Source of the DNA: Octopus vulgaris
Taxonomy: Eukaryota
Assembly: GCA_951406725.2 (NCBI GenBank)
Contig: OX597832.1
Span: 54,808,001-54,872,000, forward strand
Length of the DNA: 64,000 bases
Reading direction: 5' to 3'
This document shows positions 17,409-29,433 of the stretch, in pieces; positions within the stretch are counted from its first letter, which is position 1, and each line of letters starts with the position of its first letter. A model generated the notes under the pieces. That model saw only the letters and a program-made list of their open reading frames with translations. It did not search any database and was not told the DNA's origin. Position numbers and translations under genes: made by a program.

Positions 17409-17818
17409 GGCGCAGGAGTGGCTGTGTAGTAAGTAGCTTGTTTACCAACCACATGGTTCCGGGTTCAGTCCCACTGCGTGGCACCTTGGGCAAGTGTCTT
17501 CTACTATAGCCTCGGGCCGACCAAAGCATTGTGAGTGGATTTGGTAGACGGAAACTGAAAGAAGCCCGTCGTATATATGTATAAATATGCATGTGTGTGT
17601 TTGTGTGTCTGTGTTTGTCCCCCTAGCATTTCTTGACAACCGATGCTGGTGTGTTTATGTCCCCGTAACTTAGCGGCTCGGCAAAAGAGACCGATAGAAT
17701 AAGTACTGGGCTTACAAAAGAATAAGTCCCGGGGTCAAGTTGCTCGATTAAAGGCGGTGCTCCAGCATGGCCGCAGTCAAATGACTGAAACAAGTAAAAG
17801 AGAAAAGAGAGAAAGAGA
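17409..17818 (+). mobile_element. SINE A, full-length reference copy
   Basis: GGCGCAGGAGTGGCTGTGTAGTAAG (A box)...GGTTCAGTCCC (B box)...CCTTGGGCAAGTG...short TA/TG tract...CAGCATGGCCGCAGTCAAATGACTGAAACAAGTAAAAGAG tail. Confidence 0.93.
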
Positions 17819-17919
17819 TGGTTCTTGAAACCATCCAGAGGCGGTCGAATATGAAGTCTAATGGAGGGACAATAAAGATCGCCCTTTGCTTGGAATTTAG
17901 CTAAAATAAGAAATTCTTA

Positions 17920-18140
17920 ATATTGGTTTGAAATTTTGACACAAGGGGAGTGTTTAAGTCGATTATATCGACTCCAGTATACAACTGGTATCTATTTTAT
18001 CGATCCCGAAAAGAAGAAGGGTAAAGTCGACCTTGATAGATCTTGAACTCAGATTCTGCCAGCCCGTCGCCTAGAAATTCTTAATATTCTTTTCTACTCT
18101 AGGCACAAGGCCCTAAATTTTGGGCCAGTCGATTAGATCG
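17920..18140 (-). mobile_element. Degenerate SINE B fragments
   Basis: GTCGATTATATCGAC, TTTATCGATCCCGAAAAG and TTGAACTCAG motifs. Confidence 0.7.
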
Positions 18141-18470
18141 ATCTTTTTTTTTGTTCTTTTTTTTTTCTCTATTTCTATTTGATACTCCAACATCATGTCT
18201 GAAAACGGATATAATTTAGTCAAATTTCAGAAAGGATACGAAAAAGCTGTAGAGGAAGAACAGTATTACAAAATATCCCACAAAACTCTGCGATATAAAC
18301 ATATTTTTCGCGCTAAATCAAATAACGTTGGAAAGGATTAATTTAAATGGAGGCGGGGAAAATGAACGAATATATCTGATAACCTAATAGATTATAGAGT
18401 GATGACTTGAGTTAGAACAGAAAAATGAACAAGCATAGTTTAAATTCACAATCTAAGAACTGGAAGTTCA

Positions 18471-18614
18471 CTCTTTACTCTTTTACTCTTTTACTTGTTT
18501 CAGTCATTTGACTGCGGCCATGCTGGAGCACCGCCTTTAATCGAGCAACTCGACCCCGGGACTTATTCTTTTGTAAGCCCATTACTTATCCTATCGGTCT
18601 CTTTTGCCGAACCG
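18471..18614 (-). mobile_element. SINE A 3' fragment
   Basis: Near-identical inverted match to about 17672-17810. Confidence 0.9.
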
Positions 18615-18689
18615 TATTTCAATATTTAACTAAGCGTTTGTAATCGTTCCTTTTAGACGTGGCTGAAAAGTAGCAAAATCATTAGCGGG

Positions 18690-18900
18690 GTGCGGGAAAA
18701 TGTTTTTCGGTATTCATTCCGGATCTTTACGTTCTGAATTTCAAATCCCGCCGAGGCGGATTTTTCCTTTCGTTCTTAGCGTGCGTTTTTATGTCCGTCT
18801 TCATGTTCTGAGTTCAAATTTCGCTGAGGTCGACTTTGCCTTTCAACCCTTCTGGGTCGATAAAATAAGTTACAGTTGAGTGCTGAAGTCGATGTAAGCG
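18690..18900 (+). mobile_element. Two SINE B fragments
   Basis: TTCAAATCCCGCCGAGG and GAGTTCAAATTTCGCTGAGGTCGACTTTGCC motifs. Confidence 0.75.
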
Positions 18901-19056
18901 ATGTGAGTATTACGAAAAAAACCTATGATGCAGAGATGATGATGGAGATGGAAGCATAGAGGAAACTAGTCTATGGAATAGTAGTTGAATGGTAAGTCAA
19001 CTAATGAGTGGTTCGGTCTGTTTAATGCTTCCTCTTACATCAATGCAGAGCAGTTT

Positions 19057-19315
19057 GTGGAGGCACATGGCCTAGTGGTTAGACCGGGTGATGTGTGTGT
19101 TTATGAGCGAAACACCTAAGCTCCACGCGGCTCCGGCAGAAGGTAATGGCGAACTTCTGCTGACTCTTTTGCCACAACTTTCTCTCACTCTTTCTTCCTG
19201 CATCTTGCTGCTCACCTGCGACGGACCAGCGTCCCGTCCAGGTGGAGAACCTATACACCAAAGAAACCGGCCCTTGTGAGCCAGGCATGGCTCGAGAAGG
19301 AGCAAACAACAAACA
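19057..19315 (+). mobile_element. SINE C, tail type 2, with a deletion in the tRNA head
   Basis: 15-bp TSD AATGCAGAGCAGTTT at 19042-19056 and 19316-19330; the body matches the copies at 29065 and 60099. Confidence 0.92.
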
Positions 19316-20099
19316 AATGCAGAGCAGTTTCGTTTAAAATTAATCCTAATCAAAATGAAATATATTCATTGCTGAAAGAGTTGTTGCTGAATTTTGTAAA
19401 ATCGGTAAAACAATCGTAGTGAATTTACGGTGGGGAAACGAAAGAAAAAAGATCCACCGTTTCGAACAGAACCTTCTTCCGGGGAAAGTTGACACGAAAG
19501 AAATTAATGAGAGACAGAAGAGTTTAACATACTCCAAACTGACACGCAACGTAGAACTACCGGTGCTTCACACGTGAACAAAAAGTGGTCCTTCGTTCAT
19601 TATCATCTGCAGCCAATCTTTTTTATAAAATTAGAATATGTAAAACTCTGCTGTCTCCCATTAAATTCCTGTCAGTTTTTCATTGGAGAAGGGCTTGTTG
19701 GATTTTCCCACACCCCACGGCAAGTTCAGAGTATTTCATTTAGTTTTTTTTTTTATCGATTTCTTTAAATAATGCAAGTCGTTGCTATGCAAACCAACAC
19801 TAGTCTCTCTGGAGTTTTTTCTTTATCTTTAATATATTTAGTATGTAGATTGATATCTTTTTAAAGTAATTTTAACAAGGAATAAAACTTAAGTGTTTCT
19901 ATTCTAACCGTTTTCAAAGGAATCAAATAATGAAACACAATAAAAAGGAAATAATAACAGAGACAAATAAGAAACAAAACAACTTCGTATTATAAAATAT
20001 CAGTTGAGAAGAAAGACTTCAAAATGTATATAAGAGTATACGATATTCATGCAAATTAGATACAATTTCTGAACACATAATCGAGACACATTTAACATT

Positions 20100-20370
20100 G
20101 CTATTGAAGGCAGCTTAGGAAGCAGTTGAGATGATAATAAGCTGTTTTAACGAGCGAACTTTTTGGAAGGAGGAAAATGTTTCCTCGACATTCTAGAAAG
20201 AAATCTATAGCAACTCCGATACATCTTCACAACAAACTGATATAAGCAATTGATAAATGTAATGGAGGCAGGAGACAGAATTTTATTAAATTTTAAACCT
20301 TTATATAACGAAGTGTCAAGCAAATAGTTTAAAGTTTTCTTTTGTCTTTTCACAGAGTTTCTAATAAGCA
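20100..20370 (-). pseudogene. Degenerate Penelope-like element linker region (between RT and GIY-YIG)
   Basis: [20 protein letters not shown] resembles the PLE motif FL.LI.KHFP..HK. Confidence 0.45.
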
Positions 20371-20466
20371 TTATAAATTGTTTAGATAGACAGACAGATA
20401 GATATATAGATATATAGATAGATAGAGAGATACATACATACATACATACATACATACATACATACA

Positions 20467-20497
<31 letters not shown>

Positions 20498-20540
20498 GTG
20501 TATGTGTGTATATATTTGTTCATCACCTCCAAATCTAATA

Positions 20541-20652
<112 letters not shown>

Positions 20653-20673
20653 CACACACATATATATATATAT

Positions 20674-20713
<40 letters not shown>

Positions 20714-20857
20714 ACATATATATATATATACATATATATATACATATATATATACATATATATACACATATATATACATACATATATATATGTATATACA
20801 TATATAAATACATATGCACAGATATATATACGTATATATACATATATGTACATATAT

Positions 20858-20927
<70 letters not shown>

Positions 20928-21323
20928 GTGTGTATGTATGTATGTATGTATGTAAGTATGTATGTATGTATGTATGTATGTATGTACACATACGCGCCTG
21001 AACACACGGCTGCGTGCACACACAGTGAGGCATTATTACTCCATATACAAAGCACACGACAACACACATTTGGTATATGTTCTAATTTCACATCGAATAA
21101 TTTATGTGTCTGTGTGTGTGTGTGATTTAAGTGCATAAGTGTGAGTACGGCGTGTGTGTGTGTGTGTGCATGAGTGTGTCTTTATATATTTATGTATATT
21201 CATGTATATTTATCTGTGTTCCTATCTATCTATCAGTCTGTCTATAATGTATGAAAGAATATGCATATATGTATATGTGTATGTCTACGTATTTATATAA
21301 ATACGTATATATATATATACACG

Positions 21324-21399
<76 letters not shown>

Positions 21400-21453
21400 T
21401 AAACACGCATATATACATCTTTACACACATATATGCACATATATTCGTATGTG

Positions 21454-21499
<46 letters not shown>

Positions 21500-22225
21500 C
21501 ATATGCGTATATCTATATCAATCTCTATTTGTATGAATATGTGTATATATGTGCGTGCATGAGTGTGTGTGTATGTGTGTAGATATTCTACAGTTTTATA
21601 TACATAAACTATGTAACTGCATATGCGTATGCATGTGTGTGCGTGTGTGTGTATATTTGTGTATGCATGTGTAGAGTTTTAAGGAATTAACGTTCGGTAG
21701 AGAAAGAAAAAGCAACGAATAACAAAAAAAAATATATAGAACAAAACCAGAAGAACACAGCAGTTCACAGTCTTTGAAACTTTTTCCATTATTCATCAAA
21801 TTAAAAATGAAATGAACTGATCGATAATTTAAAAAAAAAATATCGAGTTTAACCCGCCATAAATTTTCTGTCATGTCGTCGGTTGCATAGTTATCTACGG
21901 ACGGTTAGAAACTACACGGCTGATGAAGAGTGCCGTACTCTCTACAGAGTTCTAGAGGGTAAGGACCAGAGGCACATATAGAGTACTGTACGTACTCTCT
22001 GTTGAGTTTCAGAGATTTTTAGGACCAAAGACCAAAGCTAAAAGAGAGTATCTGCTGCAAAGTAGGTTAGGGTTAGAAACACGATATTGAAAACAGCGGC
22101 AGCCATGATTGAATTTTGGCAAAATCGTTACACGACTGTTGCTGACGTTGTTACTGCCTTTTGTTGCAGCTGCTGCTGCCGCTACTACTACTACTACTAA
22201 TACTACTACTACTACCACCACCACC

Positions 22226-22277
<52 letters not shown>

Positions 22278-22509
22278 GTATTGTAGTAGTCACCACGACG
22301 ACGACCACCACCACCACTATCCTACAACCACGACTACTACTACTAATACTAATACAAAATGAGCATTTGTCTTGCTCATTTTTACATTTTGGCGTTTTGC
22401 TGAGATTTTTCTTGAGAACACATTCTTCGTGGTAATGGCGATTTGACGTCTATGTTTAGCATATTAGGTGTCCACTTAATTGGTCATTCCTCTTGATTTT
22501 GTATGTAAT

Positions 22510-22600
<91 letters not shown>

Positions 22601-22602
<2 letters not shown>

Positions 22603-22715
22603 AAATTTACTCACAAGGCTCTGATCGGCCCCAGGCTATAGTAAAAGACACTTGCCCAAGGGTTGCATGCAGTGGGACTGAACCCGGAACCATGTGGTTG
22701 AGAAGCAAGCTTCTT
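22601..22715 (-). mobile_element. SINE A 5' half
   Basis: ACTCACAAGGC...GACACTTGCCCAAGG...GGGACTGAACCCGGAACCATGTGG. Confidence 0.85.
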
Positions 22716-22969
22716 ATTTATTTAGCACCTTAAGACATAAAGCAATTGAACGTAAACTTTCGGGAATTTCATAACCAATTTCTAAAATCTACAAATTGTT
22801 TGGAGGAAAACAATCTGGTAGCTACGAGTTTAATAAATTGCTTCAGACACACAAGGCCTCTAGACAGTCTTCCATTTTGAAACCTACTGAAGCAATCTGC
22901 TGATCCCAATTCCTTGGCTTTGACGTCAGAAGTGGATGACGAAATTCTTCGAACGGCTATTGGAAATCG

Positions 22970-23152
22970 ATGCTTTTGCATTTCATGTAGCCTTCTGTAG
23001 CTGAGTATTGATCTTGTACAGCTAAAGTTACACCTTCCGTTTTCGCCTTTGGATCCAAAGCCTTTTCAGTTATTGGTAGCTTCCATTTTGAATCACTCCA
23101 ACCCTGCTAGTCTTGCACGATACTGAACATGGAATGATGTTTTCCTCCAAGT
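22970..23152 (-). pseudogene. Degenerate R4/Dong-like LINE fragment
   Basis: The minus strand reads WRKTSFHVQY...SYQ*LK..KAKTEGVTLAVQDQ..TEGY, homologous to WQEKPLNG..KSETERFIIAAQDQCLPTRNY at 41870-42000. Confidence 0.65.
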
Positions 23153-23536
23153 TTTTTTTTTCTTTTTGCATTTTTTAAATATTTATTTATATATTTTTTT
23201 ATTTATATATTTGTTTATTTATTTATTTATTTATTTATTTATATATTTGTTTATTTATTTATTTATTTATTTATTTTCATCCCTTCAACTGTATTCAATT
23301 CATTCGAAATCTTTTCGATTAATGTAATTAGCTTTCTGGGTATACTTTCATTGTTTCTATCATTTTATCTTTTACTCGTTTCAGTCATTGGATTGCGGCC
23401 ATGCTGGGGCACCGCCCTGAACGGTTTAAGTCGAACAACTCAACCCTCGAACTAATTTTATTTTAAAGCACTAATTCTGTCGGTCGCTCTTGCCGAACCG
23501 CTAACTTACAGAGACGTAAACAAATCAACACTGGCT

Positions 23537-23631
<95 letters not shown>

Positions 23632-23635
<4 letters not shown>

Positions 23636-23778
23636 GTAATGCAATACGAGAGTATTGCTTTCCAGTAAAGAATAGCCCGTGAGGGAAAATTATACATAGA
23701 AATAAATATATGGCCCAACGAAGTACCGCACGGGCTATTCTTTACTGGAAAGCAATACTCTCGTATTGCATTACTAAT
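23632..23778. repeat. Perfect 50-bp inverted repeat with 47-bp spacer
   Basis: 23632-23681 is the exact reverse complement of 23729-23778. Confidence 0.97.
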
Positions 23779-23880
23779 GTTATTGAAACCTCTTCACCGT
23801 TCTCGTTCTGTTAGCGTTTCGGCGTTTCAGTCGAGTGTATTGGCATTAATGTGGTAACATCTGAAATGTTGTCGTGGTAT

Positions 23881-23960
23881 ATGTTTGGCTGATGAAGATA
23901 GATCAAGTATATGAGTGCAGGCATATCTTGAAAAATCTGAAACCGGCTCCGGTCCCACAT
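23881..23960 (+). ncRNA. Type I hammerhead ribozyme motif, apparently intact
   Basis: Stem I ATGT(TT)GG/CCACAT. Core CTGATGA at 23889-23895. Stem II AGAT/ATCT, extended by CAAG/CTTG and ATATG/CATAT. GAAA at 23939-23942. Stem III CCG-GCTC-CGG. GTC cleavage triplet, with predicted cut after 23954. Confidence 0.82.
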
Positions 23961-24144
23961 TATCCCTTTCTAGGTATTTCATCTTTCAGATGTTCTCCCT
24001 GGAGGTAAGACAATTTTTTTCAAGTTTGTTGCACTCACGCATTTTTGCTAGTACATACGCGGTGAAGCTATACATTAGCGTCGTATTATTACGTTCGCTA
24101 TTTCCAGTAAATATCGGTACTTCGTTGTGCCATATATTTACTTC

Positions 24145-24201
<57 letters not shown>

Positions 24202-24358
24202 GCACACACACACATATATATACGACGGTACTCTTTCAGTTTCCTCTACAAATCCACTCACAAGGTTTTGGTCGACCCCAAGCTGTAGTAAAAGACACTT
24301 ATCCAAGGTGTCACACATTGTGACTGAACTCGGAACCACGTGGTTGGGAAGCGAGCTT

Positions 24359-24594
24359 CTTATTTCTTTATTACCCACAAGGGGCTAAACATAGAGGGGA
24401 CAAACAAGGACAGACAAACGGATTAAGTCGATTGCATCGATCCTATTGCGTAACTGGTACTTAATTTATCGACCCCGAAAGGATGAAAGGCAAAGTCGAC
24501 CTCGGCGGAATTTGAACTCAGAACGTAACGGCACACGAAATACCGCTAAGCATTTCGCCCAACATGCTAACGTTTCTGCCAGCTTGCCGCCTTT
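24359..24594 (-). mobile_element. SINE B, full length
   Basis: Reverse complement of the family B consensus; inverted partner of 25260-25492. Confidence 0.92.
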
Positions 24595-24840
24595 ATCTCA
24601 CTGAAACACCTGGGTCCGATTAAAAATATTACGAGCTAAAGGGAACTAGCTCAAGTGGGCTGATTGCATAAATTTAGATAAATCAGGTAGATGGTGATGT
24701 TCTGAATGATATCCACAAAATATTCTACATATCAATCACCTTGCCATCTAACAAAGCATGGGTACTTATGATATTCAGCCGAATCCCTAATTTCTCAAAA
24801 TTATCTCTCTTTTTCTTTCTGGGCCACCTACAATCGCTGC

Positions 24841-25218
24841 AGATCTTTTCCTTTTGCACGGCACATGTCAACACAATTTCTAGTTAACTAAACACTTTAA
24901 AACTTCGTATACTGGTAGAATGTGTCAAAATAAAACATTTTTTCTCTTTGCTTTCTTGAGAAAATTGTAAGGGTGAGGGTTAGGGTTAGTGACAGGATGT
25001 TGTCTCAGCTTTAGACGCAGCAAATGATTTTAGCTCAATTAGAGGCAATTGATTGGTTAAAATTCGAAAAATTAAACTACGTTAACCAAACGAATTACAA
25101 TTTTATCAAGAAAGCCAAAAGAAAAAAAATGTTCTATTTTGACACATTCTCCCAGTATACGAAGTTTTAAAGTGTTTAGTTAACTAAAAATTGCGTTGAC
25201 ATGTGCCGTGCAAAGGGG
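24841..25218. mobile_element. MITE with ~120-bp imperfect TIRs and an internal TTAGGG-like tract
   Basis: TTTGCACGGCACATGTCAAC...AAAATTGTAA (about 24852-24970) pairs with about 25095-25214. GGGTGAGGGTTAGGGTTAG at 24971-24989. A related arm lies at 63790-64000. Confidence 0.85.
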
Positions 25219-25259
25219 ACAAACAAGGACAAATCGGACCCAGGTGTTTCAGTGTGGTA

Positions 25260-25534
25260 AAGGCGGCAAGCTGGCAGAACGTTAACACACCGAGCGAAAT
25301 GCCTAGCGGTATTTCGTCTGCCGTTACGTTCTGAGTTCAAATTCCGCCGAGGTCGACTTTGCCTTTCATCCTTTCGGGGTCGATAAATTAAGTACCAGTT
25401 ACGCAATAGGATCGATGTAATTGACTTAATCCATTTGTCTGTCCTTGTTTGTCCCCTTTGTGTTTAGCCCCTTGTGGGCAGTAAAGAAATAGGTATTTCG
25501 TCTGCCGTTACGTTCTGCGTCCAAATTCCGCCGA
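25260..25534 (+). mobile_element. SINE B, full length, followed by a second internal fragment
   Basis: Consensus match; the tail AAGAAATAG joins GTATTTCGTCTGCCGTTACG. Confidence 0.9.
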
Positions 25535-25679
25535 TCCATCGCTGCTAGGTTTCTATTTCCTTTTCTCAATCCATAAAAGACATATTTGAATTCATGGGGA
25601 AATATTCGAGCACGTTATTCCGTACATTATCACCGACCAGATTTATCTAAATTCATACCGTTCTCCAGCATGAGTTATT

Positions 25680-26040
25680 TCCCTTATCAGTTTTATTATA
25701 CCGACTACGGAATACAGCGCAAAGTGTTCTCCTTTCCGTATATAAACTTTTCAGTTGACATAACTTCCAATATATTATATCAAAGCTGTAATTTATATCT
25801 AAGATTGATAATGTAATTCTACGTACTCTGATTTATTGCATTGTGTTCCGTTTTTAATATTATTCTGACTCTTCTGAGTAAATCTTTTCTAATCTTTCCC
25901 CTTTCGTTTCTCTGTTATATTTATTAATTTTACTGTCTAAATCTAACGTAATGTCCTTTCTTTTAATTAATTTCATTCTTCGTATAGTAACTTTGGCACA
26001 TTTCTCTAATTCCTTACTCATTTTGATATATTGTCCAATC
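25680..26040 (-). pseudogene. Degenerate R4/Dong-like reverse transcriptase (domains 6-7 and thumb)
   Basis: IKMSKELEKCAKVTIRRMKL...ITLD; LLRRVRIILKTEHNAIN; INYSFDIIYW..CQL..L. Confidence 0.7.
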
Positions 26041-26660
26041 GATGCACAGTTTTTAATAGGACCTCTAATTGGTTGCCGTCTCTTGCATATCATTTAAAGT
26101 TTTCCACAGACAGGAGCCGGTTTATGGTTTGTCCAGTGTATTTGCAACCCAGTATCGATTTGATTCAGCAGTTCTGGGGGGCGGAATCAATGCAAGGAAG
26201 AGTAACAGAAATGGTAAAAAAAATCTGTTTGAAAAATCTTTTGGTGAACAGAATTATTGAGCTTCCATACATTTGTGCAAATATGTGTAGATCTGAGCAA
26301 GAGCTACTTTATGAAGTCTGAAAATCGTCTAATCATGAAAGGCTCTCTCCAAGACGCCGAGTTTTATTGAAAGGGAAGGCCACCGACTGAAACCGATACA
26401 GCTTAGCATCAATATCGTCGCAGACGTTGCTGTCAGAACGCAAACAGCCGGAACAGACACTGTTATGCATCTTGCCTGAATCTGCAACAGTTCTGCTGAT
26501 CCTAACCCTGGGTTGGTACTACTTTATCGATTTTGAAAGGACCTTGGCAGGAATCGAATTCAGCGTTTACAGAGTCGCAACAAATGCCATCGGGTATTTT
26601 ATCCAGTGTACCAATGCACCGTCTTTGATCAAATTAAGGTTGTTACATCTCGAAATGTTT

Positions 26661-26818
26661 CTGTGTGTTAAGTAGCTTGCTTACCAGCCACATGGCTCCG
26701 GGTTCAGTCCCACTGCGTGTCACATTGGGCAAATGTCTTCTTCTATAGCCTCGGGCCCACCAAAGCCTTGTGAGTGGATTTGGTAGACGGAAACTGAAAG
26801 AAGCCCGTCGTATATATG

Positions 26819-26878
<60 letters not shown>

Positions 26879-27110
26879 TGTGTGTGTGTCTGTGTGTGTG
26901 TTTGTGTGTCTGTGTTTGTCCCCCCAACATCGCTTGGCAACCGATGCTGGTGTGTTTGCGTCCCCGTAACTTAGCGGTTCGGCAAAACAGACCAATAGAA
27001 TAAGTACTGGGCTTACAAAAAATAAGTCCTTGGGTCGATTTGCTCGACTGAAGGCGGTGTTCCAGCATGGCCGCAGTCAAATGACTGAAACAAGTAAAAG
27101 AGTAAAGAGT
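26661..27110 (+). mobile_element. SINE A
   Basis: Near full-length consensus match with an internal (TA)(TG) tract. Confidence 0.92.
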
Positions 27111-27430
27111 GTTGTTTCATAATTTTGACAGGAAATGGCAAAATAATTAGTTTGGAACTATTTTCTTTAAATATTCTGTCTACAGCATACTGGAAGAGGT
27201 GATAGTTTACTATAAAGAATTTAAAAGTCTTCAATCAGGCTTTTTTCTTTACGAGAGAAAAACTTTGACTGTGTATTTCTGGTAACCTTTGACGTCGAAA
27301 GACTGAATGGAGAAATATCTTGAGCTCGAGTGAAGTGAAAAACCTTGACCCCAAGAAAGGTGAATAATCAAATCTGGACACACAATACAAAGAAGGTTAT
27401 AGCAATTTGAAAAAAATAAATAAATACATA

Positions 27431-27609
27431 GACGTAGGAGTGGCTGTGTGGTAAGTAGCTTGCTTACCAACCACATGGCTTCGGGTCCGGTTCCACTGCG
27501 TGGCACCCTGAGCAAGTGTCTTCTACTATAGCCTCGGGCCGACCAAAGCCTTGTGAGTGGATTTGGTAGACGGAAACTGAAAGAAGCCCGTCGTATATAT
27601 GTATATATC

Positions 27610-27674
<65 letters not shown>

Positions 27675-27886
27675 GTATATATTTGTGTGTCTTCCCCCCC
27701 CCCCCAACATCGCTTGACAACCGATGCTTGTGTGTTTACGTCACTGTAACTTAGCGCTTCGGCAAAAGAGACCGATAGAATAAGTACTAGGCTTACAAAG
27801 AATGAGTCCGCCAGGGTCGATCTGCTCGACTAAAGGCGGTGCTCCAGCATGGCCACAGTCAAATGACTGAAACAAGTAAAAGAGAG
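27431..27886 (+). mobile_element. SINE A, full length
   Basis: Consensus match. Confidence 0.92.
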
Positions 27887-27892
27887 AATATA

Positions 27893-27923
<31 letters not shown>

Positions 27924-28427
27924 ATACAACCTTCAGTGGCAGGAGAAACAATTCTAGGGACAAACTAACCAGTGTCTAAAGGTTAGCAATGTTCGCGTTG
28001 TAGGAACTGTTGACAGAGAATAATTTCTAAGTTCTGGCGGGGGGGGGGGCGGATATTTAAAATTTTTTGTAATAATAATAAAAAGAACATGTGTAAAAAA
28101 AAAACACAGAAAAAGAAAACAAAAATGACAGTTGTCCCGAAAATATATTTGTCAAACTAGACAGGCATTTGTACTTTTAGCTTACACAAATGGCGAAAAC
28201 CGAAATGAAATTTTAACACAGAAAATCATCAGCAACATCACACAGCATTTTATATCAGTACTAGGTTGTTCTCCGTCGCTACGCCGCCGGTAAGAATATT
28301 TATTGATAATGCACATATCTTCGTAAAATGTTTAAAGTGAAAGTCTTTGTTTTAAAGTCTGTATTGTGCTATCTGTATGTTGAACGACATACTGAAACAC
28401 GCGCACACAAACAACAGAAAAAACTGT

Positions 28428-28720
28428 GAGATAAGCAGTTTGCTTCCCATCCACATGGTTTTGGGTTCAGTCCCACTGCGTGGTACCTTGGGCAGGTGTC
28501 TTCTACTATAGCCTCGGGCTGACCAAACTCGTACGCCGGGCATAATACCTAGCGGCATTTCGTCCGTCTTTACGTTCTGAGTTCAAATTCCGCCGAGGTC
28601 GACTTTGCTTTCCATCCTTTTGGGGTCGATAAATTAAGTACCTCTCAAGTACTGGGGTCGATGTGATCGACTTACCCCATCCCCTAATATTTCAGGCCTT
28701 GTGCCTATGGTAGAAAGGAT
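28428..28720 (+). mobile_element. SINE A head fused to a SINE B body (tail variant GGCCTTGTGCCTATGGTAGAAAGG(ATT)n)
   Basis: A-type sequence runs to about 28528 and B-type sequence starts at about 28530. Confidence 0.8.
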
Positions 28721-29064
28721 TATTATTATTATTGTCATCATCATCATCATCATCATTATTATTATTACGTTTATTTTTCCACAGCATATTCTGCCATATA
28801 TTTGTCGTGTACACCAACGTTTCTCTAAGCATCATGTTATGTGGAAAGTCTATGCCTCGTATACAAACCTTACGGGAATCTATTATGTCCCACTGGGATG
28901 CACCTTTGACATATGAAACCTGGCGATGGTTGAGTATTAACCAAAGGTTCTTCTAGTTACACGTCGACAATATTCCCTTTATTCCTTCTATATATTACAA
29001 TTACTGTAACAACATTGTCTTCATTTGTTTCAATACTAATCATTGGCCTCGTTCGTATCACACT

Positions 29065-29370
29065 TCTTCTTCTTAATCCTTTTTGCCCCCTGTGGAGCAT
29101 AGGGCCGGTTTCCCAGTTTCCTTGGCGTATAGGTTCCCCAACTGGACGGGACGCCAGTCCGTCGCAGGTGAGCTGCAAGACGCGGGAGGAAAGAGTGAGA
29201 GAAAGTTGTGGCGAAAGAGTCAGCAGACGTTCGCCATTACCTTCTGCCGGAGCCGTGTGGAGCTTAGGTGCTTCGCTCATAAACACTCACACATCGCCCA
29301 GTATGAAATTCGAACCCGCGATCCCTCGACCGCGAATCCGCTGCTTTAACCACTAGGCCATGTTACTCCA
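29065..29370 (-). mobile_element. SINE C, tail type 2
   Basis: 13-bp TSD TTCGTATCACACT at 29052-29064 and 29371-29383. Confidence 0.92.
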
Positions 29371-29433
29371 TTCGTATCACACTAGTTTATTATAAACTCT
29401 TATTTATCATAGTCAGATATCACTGTAATGATA

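Larger units (their letters stand above)
23365..24358 (-). mobile_element. SINE A split by a ~515-bp insertion in its internal microsatellite
   Basis: 3' half at 23365-23540, 5' half at 24220-24358, foreign sequence at 23630-24146. Confidence 0.75.
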
